From the IMG/VR virus record IMGVR_UViG_3300024308_000188, positions 62,001 to 126,000 of that record: DNA of 64,000 nt, one strand, 5' to 3'. A program made the translations under genes and the position numbers. Numbering within the stretch: position 1 is the first letter of the stretch; each line of letters begins with the position of its first letter. Shown piece by piece: positions 63,851-64,000 of this stretch. A model generated the notes under the pieces. The model did not search any database, was not told the origin of the DNA, and saw only the letters and a program-made list of their open reading frames with translations.

Positions 63851-64000
63851 TTAAAGGTTGGTTAACTGTTCGCGTTGTACAAGTTGAGCATAAACCTGCT
63901 CACTATAAGCACTCGTTGATATGATGCTTGGCGATTTGTTATTTACATGACTCCTTATCTTGTTGAGAGGGTAAGAACAAATCTCGGTAGCCGTAATACC
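63851..64000 (-). CDS. Possible 3' end of a gene starting beyond the window
   Basis: Frame open from 64000 to TAA at 63851 (...AYSEQVYAQLVQREQLTNL*). Confidence 0.3.
   Translation of the reverse strand, partial: GITATEICSYPLNKIRSHVNNKSPSIISTSAYSEQVYAQLVQREQLTNL

Noticed and set aside
63643-63924. 93-aa plus-strand ORF
   Set aside because: No SD, atypical composition, and it overlaps a plausible minus-strand gene end; likely a shadow ORF.

Overview
An AT-rich 64-kb segment of a large (jumbo-type) myovirus genome. Genes run almost entirely on the minus strand from 1 to ~47.3 kb and mostly on the plus strand after that. The left part has virion genes: three paralogous fibre/Ig-like proteins, a tail sheath with no adjacent tube gene, a peptidoglycan-binding protein, a 2022-aa SNF2-type helicase and a histone-H1-like protein. 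These are interleaved with a broad replication and recombination set: family A DNA polymerase, beta-clamp, DnaX-like clamp loader, DnaG primase, gp32-like SSB, RecA, UvsW/UvsY-like proteins, SbcCD, RuvC, a Cas4-like nuclease and a sigma factor. This gene content resembles, from recollection and not from a search, the Lu11/PaBG/Y3/JA11/ME3-type jumbo phages. The ORF track misses several elements. (1) An ORF-less group I intron (14918-15240) splits polA exactly at SNP|NLQ. (2) A 458-aa LAGLIDADG intein sits in RecA. (3) A WACTGTAAAT promoter-like motif lies about 25-45 nt upstream of eight genes, mostly replication genes. (4) An 870-bp GATC-dense, origin-like non-coding region lies at ~45.0-45.9 kb. 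(5) A tRNA-Gly(TCC) is surrounded by several long, G-U-consistent structured non-coding segments. (6) One protein's genome-encoded C-terminus (AGDETYALKA*) closely mimics the bacterial SsrA/tmRNA degradation tag. All calls were made by eye; no database search was run.
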